A stretch of 64,000 bases of DNA from Octopus sinensis. Taxonomy: Eukaryota. The translations under genes were made by a program, and so were the position numbers. Below, piece after piece: positions 12,931 to 27,711 of the stretch; position 1 is the first letter of the stretch, and the number at the start of each line of letters is the position of its first letter. Under the pieces are notes generated by a model that worked only from the letters and a program-made list of their open reading frames with translations, did not search any database and was not told the DNA's origin. The stretch is taken from contig NC_043013.1 in assembly GCF_006345805.1 (NCBI RefSeq), positions 51,398,001 to 51,462,000 on the forward strand. The letters run 5' to 3'.

Positions 12931-13344
12931 GGCAGGAGTGGTTGTGTAGTAAGAAGGCTTGTTTCCCAGCAGCATGGTTACGGGTTCAGTCCGATTGCGT
13001 GACACCTTGGTTAACTGTTTTCTACTATAGCCTCGGGCAAACCGAAGCCTTGTGAGTGGATTTGGTAGACGGAAACTGAAAGAAGCCCGTCGTATCTATC
13101 TATATATATGTGTGTTTGTGCGTATGTATGTGTGTGTTTGTACACCACCCCCGTTTGACAACCGGTGTTGGTGTATTTCCGTCACTGTAACTTAGCGGTT
13201 CGATATAAACGACTTTTAAACTAAGTACTAGGTTTAAGAAATAAGTCCTAGGGTTGATTTGTTCGACTGAAGACCCTTGAAAGCGGTGCTCCAGCATGGC
13301 AGCAGTCAAATGACTGAAACATGCAAAAAAATAAAAGAATAAAA
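12931..13344 (+). mobile_element. SINE family A
   Basis: Full head, body and tail match to the other copies. Confidence 0.88.
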
Positions 13345-13599
13345 CACAAAGGCAGATGAATATAATTGTCGTACGATTTGACTAAAGATCCTTGAATTGT
13401 AAATGAAATACTGTTTAACTGTTCATATGACCCGACAGCCATTAGGCTAGTGTTTGACAGAACGGATTGAGCAAGGGACAAAATATCTGTCACTAAGGGT
13501 TTATGTGTAACTCTATGTCGTAAGTCCGAATTCTGCCGATGTCAACCTCGTTTTGAGATTGGGTTAAATATTTTTTCGAGAAGTAATGATTCTAACATA

Positions 13600-13820
13600 A
13601 CCTATTTCTTTACTACCCACAAGGGGCTAAACACAGAGGGGACAAACAAGGGGATTAAGTCGATTATATCGACCCCAGTGCGTAACTGGTACTTAATTTA
13701 TCGACCTCGAAAGAATGAAAGGCAAAGTCGACCTCGGCGGAATTTGAACTCAGAACGTAACGGTAGACGAAATACCGCAAAGTATTTTGCCCGGCGTGCT
13801 AACGTTTCTGCCAGCTCGTT
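13600..13820 (-). mobile_element. SINE family B (Nin/Deu-like core)
   Basis: Reverse complement of ggcggcgagctggcagaaacg...gcctttcatcctttcggggtcgataaattaagtaccag...; the core resembles the Nin/Deu SINE domain (from memory, not searched). Confidence 0.85.
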
Positions 13821-15874
13821 TACCTCTTCTTCCAAGATGTGAGATTTGTGTTTATATTAGGGGTTGTATTGGAGGTGGTGACAAATGAAACGAACTGTTG
13901 TTTTGCAACACCCTTAATAAGTGTCAAAGTTCAATTTTTTTAGTATAATGGAGCAGTGTTTGAAAGCAAAATGCGCAAAGCTACATAGTTTCCGCGATGC
14001 ATCTCATTCGATGCTCTTACAATTACGCCAGTTCAACCGTTTACAGTTTGTATTTTATTTATCGACCTTGAAATGACGAAAGGCAAATTTAATCTCAGTG
14101 GAATTTGAACAAAGAGTGGAAATATTCTGAACTAACACATAAAACGGTCTACCTCACAATCTAATGTATCTGCCAAATTGTCGCCGTTGTCTCGCATATA
14201 AAAAATATATGAAACAGCAGAGTGTGAAGAAAATCTAGTGTTTCAGAGATATTTAGCCGATTCGTATAGAGATGAACAGCGAAAGAGTTATAGCATTTTT
14301 ATGAGAAATAAAAAAATTGTTGTCTCACAGTATATATGTGGTTTTTAAAAGATAATTAGATAGATAGATATAGCATAAAAGTTAGTTTTGAGGTATCATA
14401 TCTAGGATGATGCATTGTTTAATGTTATGGTTGAGATTTGACGGCAAGTGGGGGATGAAATAACAACGTGTAGAAAGCTGAAATATAAGATCTTTAATGT
14501 TTTAGCGAAATATCGTTTTCATTATCTCATTCTGTCAGTTTGTTAGAGTAAAATGATTATGTTCTGAAGAAGAAGAAATTGTGGGAAAATATTGCGAAAA
14601 GAGGTGTTTCAACAATAGAATTCCGCGGAGGTGGGGTTGTGTATTTTTCTGTGAAGATAGAAATAAGGCAATATTTAGCAGATGACGAGAACCTCTAATA
14701 AAAGAGAGAGAAACGACAAAAGAGAAACGCTGTATATTCTAAAGAAATTGTGCACCGTGTTGTGCTAAAACTTAAGAAAGAACTTAACTGCCTTGATCTT
14801 TAATTATCCAGGTTCAACTGCGGGCGTGGTGACTGCAGGATATCGTTACGCTCATACATTCACACATAAAGAATAATTGTAATATGATCGGAGACGTATT
14901 CATAGCGTGGCAAACGTTGAATATATTGGAATAACTTGTGACTGCATTGGCATTCTTTGACATAAAACTAACATGACAACAACAACATCAACAACAACAA
15001 CCGAGATATTTCTGTTTGTTTATCCTACCGACATGGGTTGAATGGAGGGGTTTTGAAGGATAGCTTGCAGATACTTGCACAAAATTTGAAACAAGTATTT
15101 GATAACTGAATGTCTTTCTCTATGCGAACCACTGACCCACGAAATGAGACCACCAGTTGTGTGAAGAGATAACTTTACTGAGACGACCAGAGTCTAGTTA
15201 CGGAGGTCTTGAACTCTGCCAGGTAAACGGTGCTGCCTTTGGATGTTTACAGTTGTGGATTAATTACTTAAACATTTGCCACCAGTCACTTCGTAATGTG
15301 TCCGACAGTTTCATAGTTTCACACAACTCATGCTGGAATTATGTGTAAAGATAATAATGTTAGACTTGTCAACAAATTTCTCATCTAGGAATCGTGTGTA
15401 AAGATAATGTCAGGCTTGGCAACAGCACAGCTGCAGGGATTCCTGGCAGCAGAGACTGTGTATTTTGATGCGGCTGAACGATAATTCGTTCCCTGAATAG
15501 AACAGCAGAGAAAATCCCGACAACCAGAGGAACTAAAGCGTGGCGAATTAAGTAACTATTTTATAAGATTTTCTTTTTTTCAATGAGAATGAAGGGCAGC
15601 GTTATAACACACATTTCGGGGACTTCCGTAGGAGATGATAAGAACAGAGAAAGTTATTCTGGGGGAAAACAGACATAGTTTAATGTTTACAATAGAATGC
15701 GTATACAACCTGTTAAATAACCCAAGGACTAGAAACTGGAAAGAAGAAAAAAAAACGTACCAGTATAACGCTAATGGCCTATAAGTTAAGAAATCAATGT
15801 GTTTAAGTTTACCGTTTCTTCTCTAAGTAGGTAAAAGGTATGTGAATTAATAGTGTATAATATACAATATCACA

Positions 15875-16714
15875 AGGCGGCGAGCTGGCAGAAACGTTAG
15901 CACGCCGGTCGAAATGCTTAGCGGTATTTTGCCTGCCGTACGTTCTGAGTTAAAATTCCACCGGAGTCAACTTTGCCTTTCGTCCTTTCGGGGTCTATAA
16001 ATTAAGTACCAGTTACACACTGGCGGCCGATGTAATCGACTTCATCCCTTTGCCTGTACTTGTTTGTCCCCTCTATGTTTAGCCCCTTGTGGGCAATAAA
16101 GAAATACGAAAGGTTAGTGCGCCGGTTGAAATGCTTATCGTTATTTCGTCTGTCTTTACGTTCTGAGTTTAAATTCCGCCGAGGTCGAATTTACCTTTCA
16201 TCTTTCCGGCATTGATAAATTAAGTACCAGTTGCGTACTGGGGTCGATCTAATCGACTTGCCCCCTTCTCCAAAACTTCAGGCCTTGTGCCTAGAGTAGA
16301 AAAGAATATTTTAAGGCTGCGAGCTGGCAGAAACGTTAGCACGCCGGGCGAAATGCTTAGCTGTATTTCGTCTGCCGTTACGTTCTGAATTCAAATTCCG
16401 CCGCGGTCGACTTTGCCTTTCATCCTTTCGGGGTCGATTAAATAAGTAGCAGTAACGCACTGGGGTCGATATAATCGACTTAATCCGTTTGTCTGTCCTT
16501 GTTTGTCTTCTCTGTGTTTAGCCCCTGGTGGGTAGTAAAGGAATAAGTATTTCGTCTGTCATTACGTTCTGAGTTCAAATTTCGCCAAGGTCGACTTTGC
16601 CTTTCATCGTTTCGGCGTCGATAAATTATGTACAAGTTGCGTAATTGGATCGATCTAATCGACTGTCTCCACGCAACTGTTTCGGGCCTTGTGCCTAAAG
16701 TAGAAAAAAATATT
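15875..16714 (+). mobile_element. Tandem array of four SINE-B units with alternating 3' tails
   Basis: Units start at about 15875, 16107, 16314 and 16547; tails alternate between tttgtcccctctatgtttagccccttgtggg and gggccttgtgcctagagtagaaaag. Confidence 0.9.
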
Positions 16715-17666
16715 CAATATCATATAAAGTAATGATAAATTTAGGCGCAGGCATGGGTGTGTGATTAAGCAACTTGCTTTACAAACACGTGGCAGTCCCA
16801 CTGAGCACCACCTCGGTAAATGCCTTCCAATATAGTCCCGAGTCGACCAATACCTTGTGAGTGAATTCGAGAGAAACTGTGGTAGAAACCAGTCGTGTGT
16901 TTGCGTGACAGCTGATGTTCAATTGTTTTCCACCTCGTTACTTAGCGGTTCGGTAAAAGTAAACGAGAGTAACTAGCAGAGTTTTAAACCAGAATATGTA
17001 CCAGCGTCGATTTGTTCGACTAAGTCCATCAAAGTAACGTCCCACCACGGCCGCAGTCCAATGGCTGGAAAGAAGTAGAAGGAACAAGATGCATTCATGT
17101 AATATATATTCAATTTTATACACGACAGGCTTCCTCTCAGTTTCCGCCTACCATGTTCGCTCAAAAGGCATGGCCTGCTCGGACTGAAGTAAGCAACATT
17201 TTCCCGAAGCATCAAGCAATGAGATTGAACTCATGAACATGTGGTATCAAGGCGAGCGTAGTAAGCGCATAGCTATGTCTGCGTGCATGAAATATTAATG
17301 TTTCGGCGAGCTGGCCGAATCTTTACTGCACCGGACAAAATGCTTAGCAGCATTTTATCCGTTTTTACGCTCTGAGTTCAGATTCCGCCGCGATTGGCTT
17401 TACCATTCATCATTGAGGACTGATGAAATAATTACTAGTTTAGCACTGGTGTCATTGTAATCATCTTACCCGCTTCTCCAAAATTGCTAGCCCTGAGCCA
17501 AAATTTGAAATCAATATTACCAACGAGAGCATGTTAATATCTGTGTATAGTTAAACGTCTAATTGTACATAATACGACAAAATGAAACCCCTTTCTAATA
17601 TATTAAAAGACTTTATAATGTTAATTCATCTGTATATATTTCGAAGATATTGTTATTACGTATAGT

Positions 17667-18046
17667 GGAGGCGCAATGACCTAGTGGTTAGGACAGCGGA
17701 CTCGTGGTCATAAGATCGCGGTTTCGATTCCCAGACGGGACGTTGTGAGTGTTTATTAAGCGAAAATACCTAAAGTACCATGAGGCTCCGACAGGGGGTG
17801 GTGGCGAAACCTGTTGTATTCTTTCATCACAACTTTCTCTCACTCTTTCTCCCTGTTTCTGTTGTACCTGTATTTCAAAGGACCAGCCATGTCACACTCT
17901 GTGTCACGCTGAATCTCCCCGAGAACTTACATTAAGGATACACATGTCTGTAGAGTTCTCAGCCTCTTACGTGTTAATTTCACGAGCAAGCTGTTCCGTT
18001 GATACGATCAACTGGAACGCTCATCGTCGTAACTGACGGAGTATCA
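17667..18046 (+). mobile_element. SINE family C, near full length
   Basis: tRNA-like head ggcgcaatgacctagtgg...gtttcgattcccagac; shares its body with 1685-1933. Confidence 0.85.
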
Positions 18047-18351
18047 CGATATTATGTATATATAAGTACTTAACTTCCGTAGTCTTTCGTTTATTTTATA
18101 ACAAAGTTTATTATATCATACCGCTATTAGATATATGAACTCTCTTTCATTGCTGATGATTGCATATGTCACATAGGAAACTCTGAGACGTCAAAATCTA
18201 CAATTGCATAAGAATATTTATTTTAATACCTCTTCATACAAACTTGTCCTTTTTTTCTCTAGAATTATTAAGTTGGCAGACTGCACAAATGTGGTTGTGT
18301 ACACACGCAAACACACACATATATGTATGATGAATATGCGTGTACATTATA

Positions 18352-18432
<81 letters not shown>

Positions 18433-18680
18433 GTCTGTGTATATATATATATATGTATATGCATATATATATGTGTGTGTGTATATATATATAAATAGAT
18501 AGATGAATAGCTAAATATATATATATATATACATAGATAGACAGACAGGCAGGCAGATATACATATATACCACACACTCAAACTTTTCTGTCTGTCTCTT
18601 TTTGTTACATAGATGCATACAAATATATGATTCTATTTGTACATACGTACTATATATACATATACATATATACACACATG

Positions 18681-18718
<38 letters not shown>

Positions 18719-18846
18719 CATCCATACATACACACATGATGTAATATGTGGCATAATTGTATGTGTGTGTACTCAACATAAACCTTAGTATGCTCTGTGT
18801 TTGCATAAGTGTGTGAGAGATTCTTTCATTGTATATGTGTGTTTCC

Positions 18847-18931
<85 letters not shown>

Positions 18932-19195
18932 GTCTATGTTTATGTGTGTGTTCCTCTTTCGTAATTAATGCAATCGGCGATGTTTGAGAAATGGCTTGCA
19001 GCGGGCATGAAACGATAAATGGTAAGAGAACGATACAGTTAATGCTTTCATCAGACACTCGGCATTCGTCTGGTTATCAACGAGTCAGACGTGGTGCTAC
19101 CAACCGCGGGCTAGATTCCATCTGGTCGTAACAATGGTATCACTGCCATGCTGGTGTGCTCTACTCAGACATAACTGTTTCGTGGTGATAACAGA

Positions 19196-19576
19196 TTGAA
19201 CGCGATGACGATGGCGACGACGACGGCGATGATGACGATGGTGGTGGTGGTGGTGGTGGTGGTTGTCGTTGTGGTCGTGACGATGAAGATGACGATGATG
19301 GTGATAACCACGACGATGAGGATGATGAGAATGGCAACGAAGATGGTGGCGATGATGTGTATGCTGATTCTGATGATAACGATGATAATGATGACGGTGA
19401 TGATGATGGTGGTGGTGATGATGGTGATGTTGGTGATGATGGTGATTGTGATGACGATGGGGATAATGATGACGGTGATGATGATGGTGATAATGATGAT
19501 GATGATGATGATGATGATAATGATGGGGATGTTGGTGATGACGATGGCGATAATGATGACGGTGATGATGATGATG

Positions 19577-19613
<37 letters not shown>

Positions 19614-19681
19614 AACGATTGTGATGGTGATGGAAATGACAACGATGATGATGGCGATAGTGCTGATGTTTATACTAATGG

Positions 19682-19720
<39 letters not shown>

Positions 19721-19810
19721 CGATGCCGTAGAAGAAGATGATGGTGATGATGGTTGTGATGTTAGCAATGATGACAATTATGATAATGAAGTTGGCGACT
19801 GGAGGGAAGA
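19196..19810. repeat. Degenerate (GAT/GGT)n low-complexity tract
   Basis: Directly visible; gives poly-D/M/H ORFs. Confidence 0.9.
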
Positions 19811-20206
19811 CGATGACGGAGACAAGACATTAACAAGAACTGACTTTACGAAACGTAAAACATCGGGAGTGTAATGGCGGTAAGCTAACGGGAAAGAGTA
19901 GGAGGAAGGGCAAAGGTAAAGAATGCGAAAGGGGAACGGTCGGAGATGAGGGGTGCAAAAGTTTATTGAAGACATAAAGCAAATATATAATAGTGAGAAG
20001 GTAAAGAGAGAAAGAGAGCGAGAGAGAGAGAGAGAAGGATAAGGGAAGGCGAGGGTGAACATATGTAAAGAAAGGAAAGGCGAAGGTCAGAGGAGACATT
20101 TAAGAAAGAGATTAAACTAAGCAGATTTAACACAAGGACATTATAAGATTCCTTGTGTATATTAAATTTGTATACAATAAATTCTATTTACGCATATATG
20201 TATATG

Positions 20207-20261
<55 letters not shown>

Positions 20262-20390
20262 ATATATATATATATACATGTGTATATAAATATATATATA
20301 TATACATACATATATATATATACTTATATACACATATATATATATATATATATATGCATATATACATATATATAAATATAAGTATATATT

Positions 20391-20429
<39 letters not shown>

Positions 20430-20457
20430 AATATACATGTATACATATATATACATA

Positions 20458-20489
<32 letters not shown>

Positions 20490-20524
20490 CTATATATATA
20501 TATATATATAATATATATATGCAT

Positions 20525-20583
<59 letters not shown>

Positions 20584-20659
20584 GATATATATATTATATA
20601 TATATATATATACATACATATATATATAATATATATATGTATGTGTGTATATATATATA

Positions 20660-20712
<53 letters not shown>

Positions 20713-20894
20713 GTATATAGACACTGCTTGGTGGGTGGGTCTGTTTATGTTTTTCTATCCCGCGTCCTAAACGTCCACCTGCATATGGCTGTTCACATAA
20801 TACTGAATATGATACTCAGAAACACAAGTACAGCATGGCATCATATTTTTGTGTTCGAGTAGATAAATATATTTGTTATTGTTGTTGCTGATGT

Positions 20895-20926
<32 letters not shown>

Positions 20927-21044
20927 TTTTTGGCTTTATCATTACTGTTATTGTTGCTATTATTATTATTAATATCAATATTTTTATTACTATTATTATT
21001 ACTGTTATACAGACATTCTCTCTTTAGTGCAAGCTTTCTTGTAT

Positions 21045-21081
<37 letters not shown>

Positions 21082-22531
21082 TATATATACACACATATAA
21101 ATATATTTATATATATATACGCATATATATACATCTATATATATATACATACATATATATTTACACACACACATATATGCATATATATACTATGTATATG
21201 TGTGTGTGTATACACATACATATATATATATATATATTTAGACACACGTACACACATAGAAACACAGGCACAGATACAGACACACACACACAAATACACA
21301 CACACACACAACATATATATACATATCTCAAGTAAGAACTTTTACACGACGTATTACATTGGAAATTAAATAGCCATGGTATTAGTTTTGCCAAACAGTT
21401 GGGAAGAAAAGAGAAATATATATCGTAGCTTAGTGGAGTAAAATTGGAAAGGTTAAATAATGGAGAATAAAGGGAAGGTCCCTTTCTTTCTCAAAATATC
21501 ACAGACCTTCTCTGACCTACGTCAATCTGTGTTTGTTTTGGCTCATGATCATAAGGCCCTGGGTTCGAATGTCGGCGCAGGCAACGGGTTTTATCGTTGA
21601 GCAAGCCATTTTGTTTCCCGTTAATCAATTTCGTTCAGCATAAATTTAGCACCAGAAACTGTTGGGAAATTAACCCTGCAATAGACTGATATTACGCCTA
21701 GATGGAAGAGGTGTTTGTACTCTCATTAGTTTATATATAATGAAAACCAGGACAAGCTCCGACCTAATGAGTCCCTAGGTTCGAGTTAAATATACGAAAT
21801 TACGTAATTTTATAAGACGTAATATACATATATTCCGTTAAGTAAACCGTGATTGTATCCAATTTATTTTGAATTGAAACATAACACTGAGAAATAATCA
21901 ATACTTTTTAGTGAAATATTCAGCAAATTTTTTTTCGTTTACAAAAATATTAAGCTTATCAATGTAATCCGTTGAATAGTCAAAACAAGATTATTAAACG
22001 TGTATTATGATAAATAATTAAAGAACTTTTAACAGAAGAACCATCGAGGAAAGAAATACTAGAAGCTTCGGATAAAGATAAGAACTGAAAGAAAGAACCT
22101 ACTGCTACGGAACATAACCCCTTGGTAAACAACCAGTGTTAAGTCTTTCAGTGGGAAAGGAATAAATATTAGTAAAAATACAGACGTAATATCAATATTT
22201 CTAATGTAATATCTTAGAAAAGCGAGGATTATATTCATAGAAAACAGAAATTTAAAAATTATTTTGTCTAGACACAAGCATGGTTTCATTGGTGGTAAGA
22301 TTAGTATAGTTATTTAAATATTAAAATGGTTATCTTATACTCAATGAGTAGATTCTGTGGAGAAACATATTCATTTACCATTCGCTAAATATTATGATCT
22401 CCAAAAGACATTCTTAATACGCAGGTTATAATGTCTGTCGAGAAGTAATGTTAGTTAGATGAAAAAGTAGGACTATGAAAGATAAGCTGGAGGGAATTTC
22501 TGAATATATTCCGGTCTCATGCATAAGGCAA

Positions 22532-23410
22532 TATTACATACATGTATAGCGGTGAGCTGACACAAGCGTTAGCACACAGGGTGCAAGGCTGAGCGGTATT
22601 TTTTATGTGTTTACGTTCTGAGTTCAAATTCCGCCATGGTCGACTTTGCCTTTCATCCTTTCGGGGCCGATAAATAAAGTACCATTTGCGTACTGGGGTC
22701 GATCTAATCGACTGGTCCTCTCCCACCAAATTTTGGGCTTTGCGCTTGGAGTAGAAAATAATATTACATACATGTATGGCAGCGAGCTGGCAGAAACGTT
22801 AGCACGCCGGACAAAATGCTGAGCGGTATTTCATCTGCCGCTACGTTTTGAGTTCAAATTCCGCCGATGTCGACTTTGCCGTTCATCCTTTCAAGGTTGA
22901 TTAAATAAGTACCGGTTACTCACTGGAATCGATGTAATCGACTTAGCCCGTTTGTCTGTCCTTATTTGTCCTCTCTGTGTTTAGCCCCTTGTGGGTAGTA
23001 AAGAAATAAGTATTTCATCTGTCTTTACGTTCTGAGTTCAAATTCCGCCGTGGTCGACTTTGCCTTTCATCCTTTCGGTGTCGATAAATTAGGTACCAGT
23101 TGGATACGGAGGTCGGTTTAATCAACTGGTCCTCTCCCCAAAAATTTCGGGCCTTGTGCCTAGAGCAGAAAAGACTATTACATACATGTATGGCGGCTAG
23201 CTGGTAGAAACGTTAGCACGCCGGGCGAAATGCTTAGCGGTATTTCTTCTGTCTTTATGTTCTGAGTTCAAATTCCGCGAAGGTCGACTGTGCCTTTCAT
23301 CCTTTCAGTGTCGATACATTAAGTACCAGTTGAATACTGGGGCCGATCTAATCGACTGGCCTCCTCCCCCCAAATTTCGGGCATTGTGCCTAGAGTCTAA
23401 AAGAATATTA
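22532..23410 (+). mobile_element. Tandem array of four SINE-B units with a repeated 16-bp spacer
   Basis: tattacatacatgtat at 22532, 22762 and 23176, each followed by a SINE head; a truncated unit starts at 23010. Confidence 0.9.
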
Positions 23411-23949
23411 CACACAAGAAACAAACTGGATCGCCTTAAAACGGTTTTTTTAAGTAACGTAATCAAGTTATATTAATTACAACTTTTGGTACAAGACCAC
23501 CGGCCCCAGTGATCAGCTGGCACCTATTTTATTGACCCCGAAAAGGATGAAAAGGCAAAGTCGACCTCGATTTGTTCGACTAAAGGCGGTACTCCAGCAT
23601 GGCTGTAGTCAAATGACTAAAACAAATTAAAAAAATAGTTCGATTGTAGTAATTTGCATGAGGAGAAAATTTTCTTTCTGAGGACCAAAATCTCGGGAGG
23701 TTACCAGGAACAGCCGGCACATAATCTCATGCTCATAGTTCGTGTTTCGGCTGACTTAAGGAATCAGAGTAGAAATGCTTCATGGTGATCGAAAATAGCA
23801 TCTATTTGTTACCGTTTACTCTTTAATAGTTTCTGCAAAATATAAAAATATCTCGAAGTAATAATATCCAAAATTGATAAAAATTAAGGGAAAATCCTTT
23901 CTCTCTGAAGACCTCAGCAGATTGGTGTTTAGGCTGGACTTGAGCTCAA

Positions 23950-24535
23950 TCACCTCCTCCAGTATCAGGTACCTACACCACCACTAGAAACAACACTGCC
24001 ACCGCCACCACCAACACCAGTCATCACCACCACCACTACCACCACCAATGTCGCCGCCACTAGCACTAGCTTCAAACTACCGACGCAACCATCACCAGTA
24101 CCACTAGTTTCAAAATAACGTTCATTGCCGCCACGACCAACACCAGGAACACCACCACCTTCGCTGCCACCAGCACTTCAATCACCTTCTCCAGTATCAG
24201 GTACCTACACCACCACTGCAAACAACATTGCCACCACCACTACCACCACCACCACCACCACCACCACCACCACCACCACACCATCACCACTACCACAACA
24301 GCAACAACACCTCTCTCACCTCCTCCTCCTCCTCCACCACCACCACCACCACCACTACCACAACAGCAACAACACCTCTCTCACCTCCTCTTCCACCACC
24401 ACCACCACCACCACTACCACAACAGCAACAACATCTCTCTCACCTCCTCCTCCACCACCACCACCACCACCACTACCACAACAGCAACAACACTTCTCAC
24501 CTTCTCCTCCTCCTCCACCACCACCACCACCACAA
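23950..24535. repeat. (CAC/CCT)n-rich minisatellite-like tract
   Basis: ~60-bp unit accactaccacaacagcaacaacacctctctcacctcctcc occurs 4 times; tccagtatcaggtacctacaccaccact occurs twice. Confidence 0.85.
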
Positions 24536-26757
24536 CTACGTTCCTATTCTTTCATGACAGCGAGCTCTTTCGTCCATCTTCTATTTTCCCCTTTACACTC
24601 TGTGCATGTGCTCCAACGCTTACCTCGCATCACATGCCCTCATCAGCATCTCAGAAACATTGATTTCCTTTTGTTCTTCCTGAAAGGTCCACATCACTAT
24701 ACCTCCAAGTTCATATTCTGTTCCCTAACACTATAACAAGAACTAAAAATAAGGTTAAATGAGCCCCCACCACACACAAATCCTCCAGCCATCACCACTA
24801 ACATTTATGTCACATGTCCTATATTTACAACATCAATCACATCTCGGCTGTTTTCTACCCTCGTTCATCCCCAGCGAGACTCCTCCCACTACCGCCAGAT
24901 TTTAGACTACATATCCTGTATTGAAGACATCTTTATTAGGTTACATGACCTGTATTAACGGCATTGTTATTAGGTTAGATGTCCTCGATGGAAGGCATTG
25001 CTATTAGGTTACATGTCCTATAAAGAAAGACACTGTCTCGTTTAACCTTTCTGGAGTCACCCCAATTGCTGTAAACGATCGTATCACTCACATAAAAATA
25101 GACACATCGGGTAACTTTACTCTCTTTTTCATCTCCAAAGCAGCTTCACTCTGAAAATACTGTCCATCATAATCATTTTATCGTTCCTTGAATACAGGCC
25201 TCAAGTCCTCCAACCGCATTCCTCAACCGTTTTCTCGGCGAGGATCTGACATTTTTATGCTGATTTCTTTGGAGTTTTTCGGAACAACGCGTCGGATGTA
25301 GTTCAGTAGGGACCAGACACAATATTCCTAGGCTTTTCCTTCCACATTCTATTTCTTCACATAATCAAGTCCATAACTCTAAAACTCCAAAATGTTTTAC
25401 ACTTCAACCAGTCTTTTCTTCTAAAACGACGACGGTCTCTCATTGTTTAACCAATTTACTGTACACCATCAAAACATCACAATCGTATGTTTTTTTTTTA
25501 TTCTTCCCGTTATTCTTACTGTATCTCTTTACTCAGCTTCCGTGCTGACCTTTATGACTGATGCGTCTGCAATGCCCTTCACATTGACAGTTCCAGATAA
25601 ATATCCTTTCTACTAAAGGCACAGGGCCTGAATTTTTGAGGGCGGAGGCTGGTTGATTACATCGATCCCAGTACTCAACTGGTACATATATCATCGAGTT
25701 CGAAGGACCAAAGGCTCGTCGACCCCGGCGGCATTAGAACTCAGAACGCGAAGACGGAAGAATTACCGCCAGGAATTTCGTACTGGGTGCTAACGACCCT
25801 ATCAGCTCCGACCTCATTAATTTTACGATACAGTGAGTGAGACAACCCGCAACTCGTCGAGTCCCTTGTTCTGACGTACCTACAGAAAATGTTGACCCGT
25901 GATAAATTTGGACAGAATCGAAGAGCGGGAAAGCATTAAATACTTGAGCAAGAAACGCATCGCTTCTTCCAATATTTCCAGTTGAACAAATCAAAGAATT
26001 CGGATGTGAAGCGGTTAAATATCTGCATTTGAAAAGATGTAAGAGCGGTTTTATTGTAACAATATTCATTTAAACGAGAATGTTCGGAATGAAAGCATAG
26101 CGAAAGTGAAAGTATAACAAACGTGTAGGTAGGAATGTAAAAACTATACAATTAATGTATTGTTAATTTCAAGTCTGTACCACTAGAATGGTAGCAAGTC
26201 TACGTATGGATATTATTCCCTATGTAGTCTTTGACGAAATTCTTTGATAATGAACTTAAGTGAGTTTAAATTGATGGACAGACACATTGCTTATAACCAT
26301 GAGTTACAATTCTCATTGTGATCGAAGTTAAACCGAAAAAGCTGAACGGATTGGAACGAAGATAGCAGCGCCAAGCTGTTGAAGAACTGCTACATAGGGC
26401 AAGTGTCTTTTAATATATAACCCCGGTCCGACCGATGCCTTGGTGAGTCTGGTAGAAGAAAACTATGTACTATTGTTTGTCACCTTTGGCAAGTATTTCT
26501 ACTATAGTCTCGGGCCGCCGAAAGCCCCGTGAGTGGATTTGGTAGATGGAAACTGAAAGCCCATCGCAAATATATTGAACAATATGTGTGTGTTTTTGTG
26601 TCTGTGTTTGTCCCCTCCCCCACAGCTTGACATCTGGTGTTGATGTGGTTACGTCCCCGTAACTTAGCAGTTCGACCAGAATTTCTTCAAGGCGGTGCTT
26701 CGGCATGGCCGCAGTCCTAATGACTGAGACAAATGAAAGATAGAAAATAAAAGATAA

Positions 26758-26857
26758 NNNNNNNNNNNNNNNNNNNNNNNNNNNNNNNNNNNNNNNNNNN
26801 NNNNNNNNNNNNNNNNNNNNNNNNNNNNNNNNNNNNNNNNNNNNNNNNNNNNNNNNN
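26758..26857. other. Assembly gap (100 N)
   Basis: Exactly 100 Ns, typical of a scaffolding join of unknown size. Confidence 0.99.
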
Positions 26858-27273
26858 GTGGGGTAAGAAGCTTGCTTCCCAACCCCATGGTTCCCGGTTC
26901 AGTCCCAGTGCATGGCACCTTGGGCAAGCGTCTTCTACTATAGCCTCGGGCCAAACAAAGCCCTGTGATTAGGTAAACGGAAACTGAAAGAAGCCTGTCG
27001 TATATATATATATATGTTACACATTTCTTTCTGTGTTCCTTTCTGTGGAAGAGCGTAGGCTCGAAACGTTAAAGACATTTTCACTCCTCGAGCGTTATAC
27101 TAATACATTTGTTTGTTGTCAACACCACCGGACTTCGTCTTTTGTTATTTTTGTGAATTCTCCCTATACATACATACATACATGCATGCATACATACATA
27201 CATACAACATACATGCATACGTACATACATACATATATACATACATACATGCATACATACATACATACATGCA

Positions 27274-27337
<64 letters not shown>

Positions 27338-27345
27338 ATATATCA

Positions 27346-27391
<46 letters not shown>

Positions 27392-27560
27392 TTGTGTCAC
27401 CATCGCTTGACAACGATGTTAATGTGTTTACGACCCCGTAAATTAACGTTTAGGCAAAAGGGAACGATAGAATAAGTACCAGGCTAAAAAAGAATAAGTC
27501 TTGAGGTCGATTATTTCGCCTAAAGTGGTGCTCCAGTATGCCCGCAGTCAAATGAGTAAA
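26858..27560 (+). mobile_element. SINE family A whose central microsatellite hosts a short HHR-like element
   Basis: Head 26858-27000 and tail 27390-27560; insert 27013-27165 plus (TACA)n lies between them. Confidence 0.75.
27013..27165 (+). mobile_element. Short microsatellite-bounded element with a degenerate minimal HHR (27039-27074)
   Basis: cttt-CTGTGGA-a-gagc-gtag-gctc-GAAA-cg-TT-aaag; near-identical element at 52248-52412. Confidence 0.65.
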
Positions 27561-27711
27561 TGAGTGGCAGAAGTTATACACAAATGGAAGTCACCAATCT
27601 ACTTGCCTTTCATACGCTTCAAACACTTCCGAAACATTTGTTAGATATTTCACAATTTTGGGAACATAAACTAGCAATAACTTATTGAAAAAGAAGAAAA
27701 ATGAAATAGAT

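Noticed and set aside
19097-19731. His-rich, Asp-rich and Met-rich ORFs
   Set aside because: All frames are open because of the (GAT/GGT)n repeat; no splice or homology support.
21773-21835. CTAATGA...GAAATTACGTAATT HHR-like motif
   Set aside because: G5 is mutated, stem II is only 2 bp and there is no stem I.
15875-23410. CRISPR-like regularly spaced repeats
   Set aside because: The units are SINE copies of 160-250 bp in a eukaryotic genome, with no unique spacers or cas genes.
24125-24736. Pro/Thr-rich mucin- or extensin-like ORF
   Set aside because: Derived from (CAC/CCT)n repeats with frame switching between units; cannot be supported as a CDS.
25060-25520. Possible LINE RT remnant on the minus strand
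   Set aside because: Too degenerate; no convincing motif could be read.
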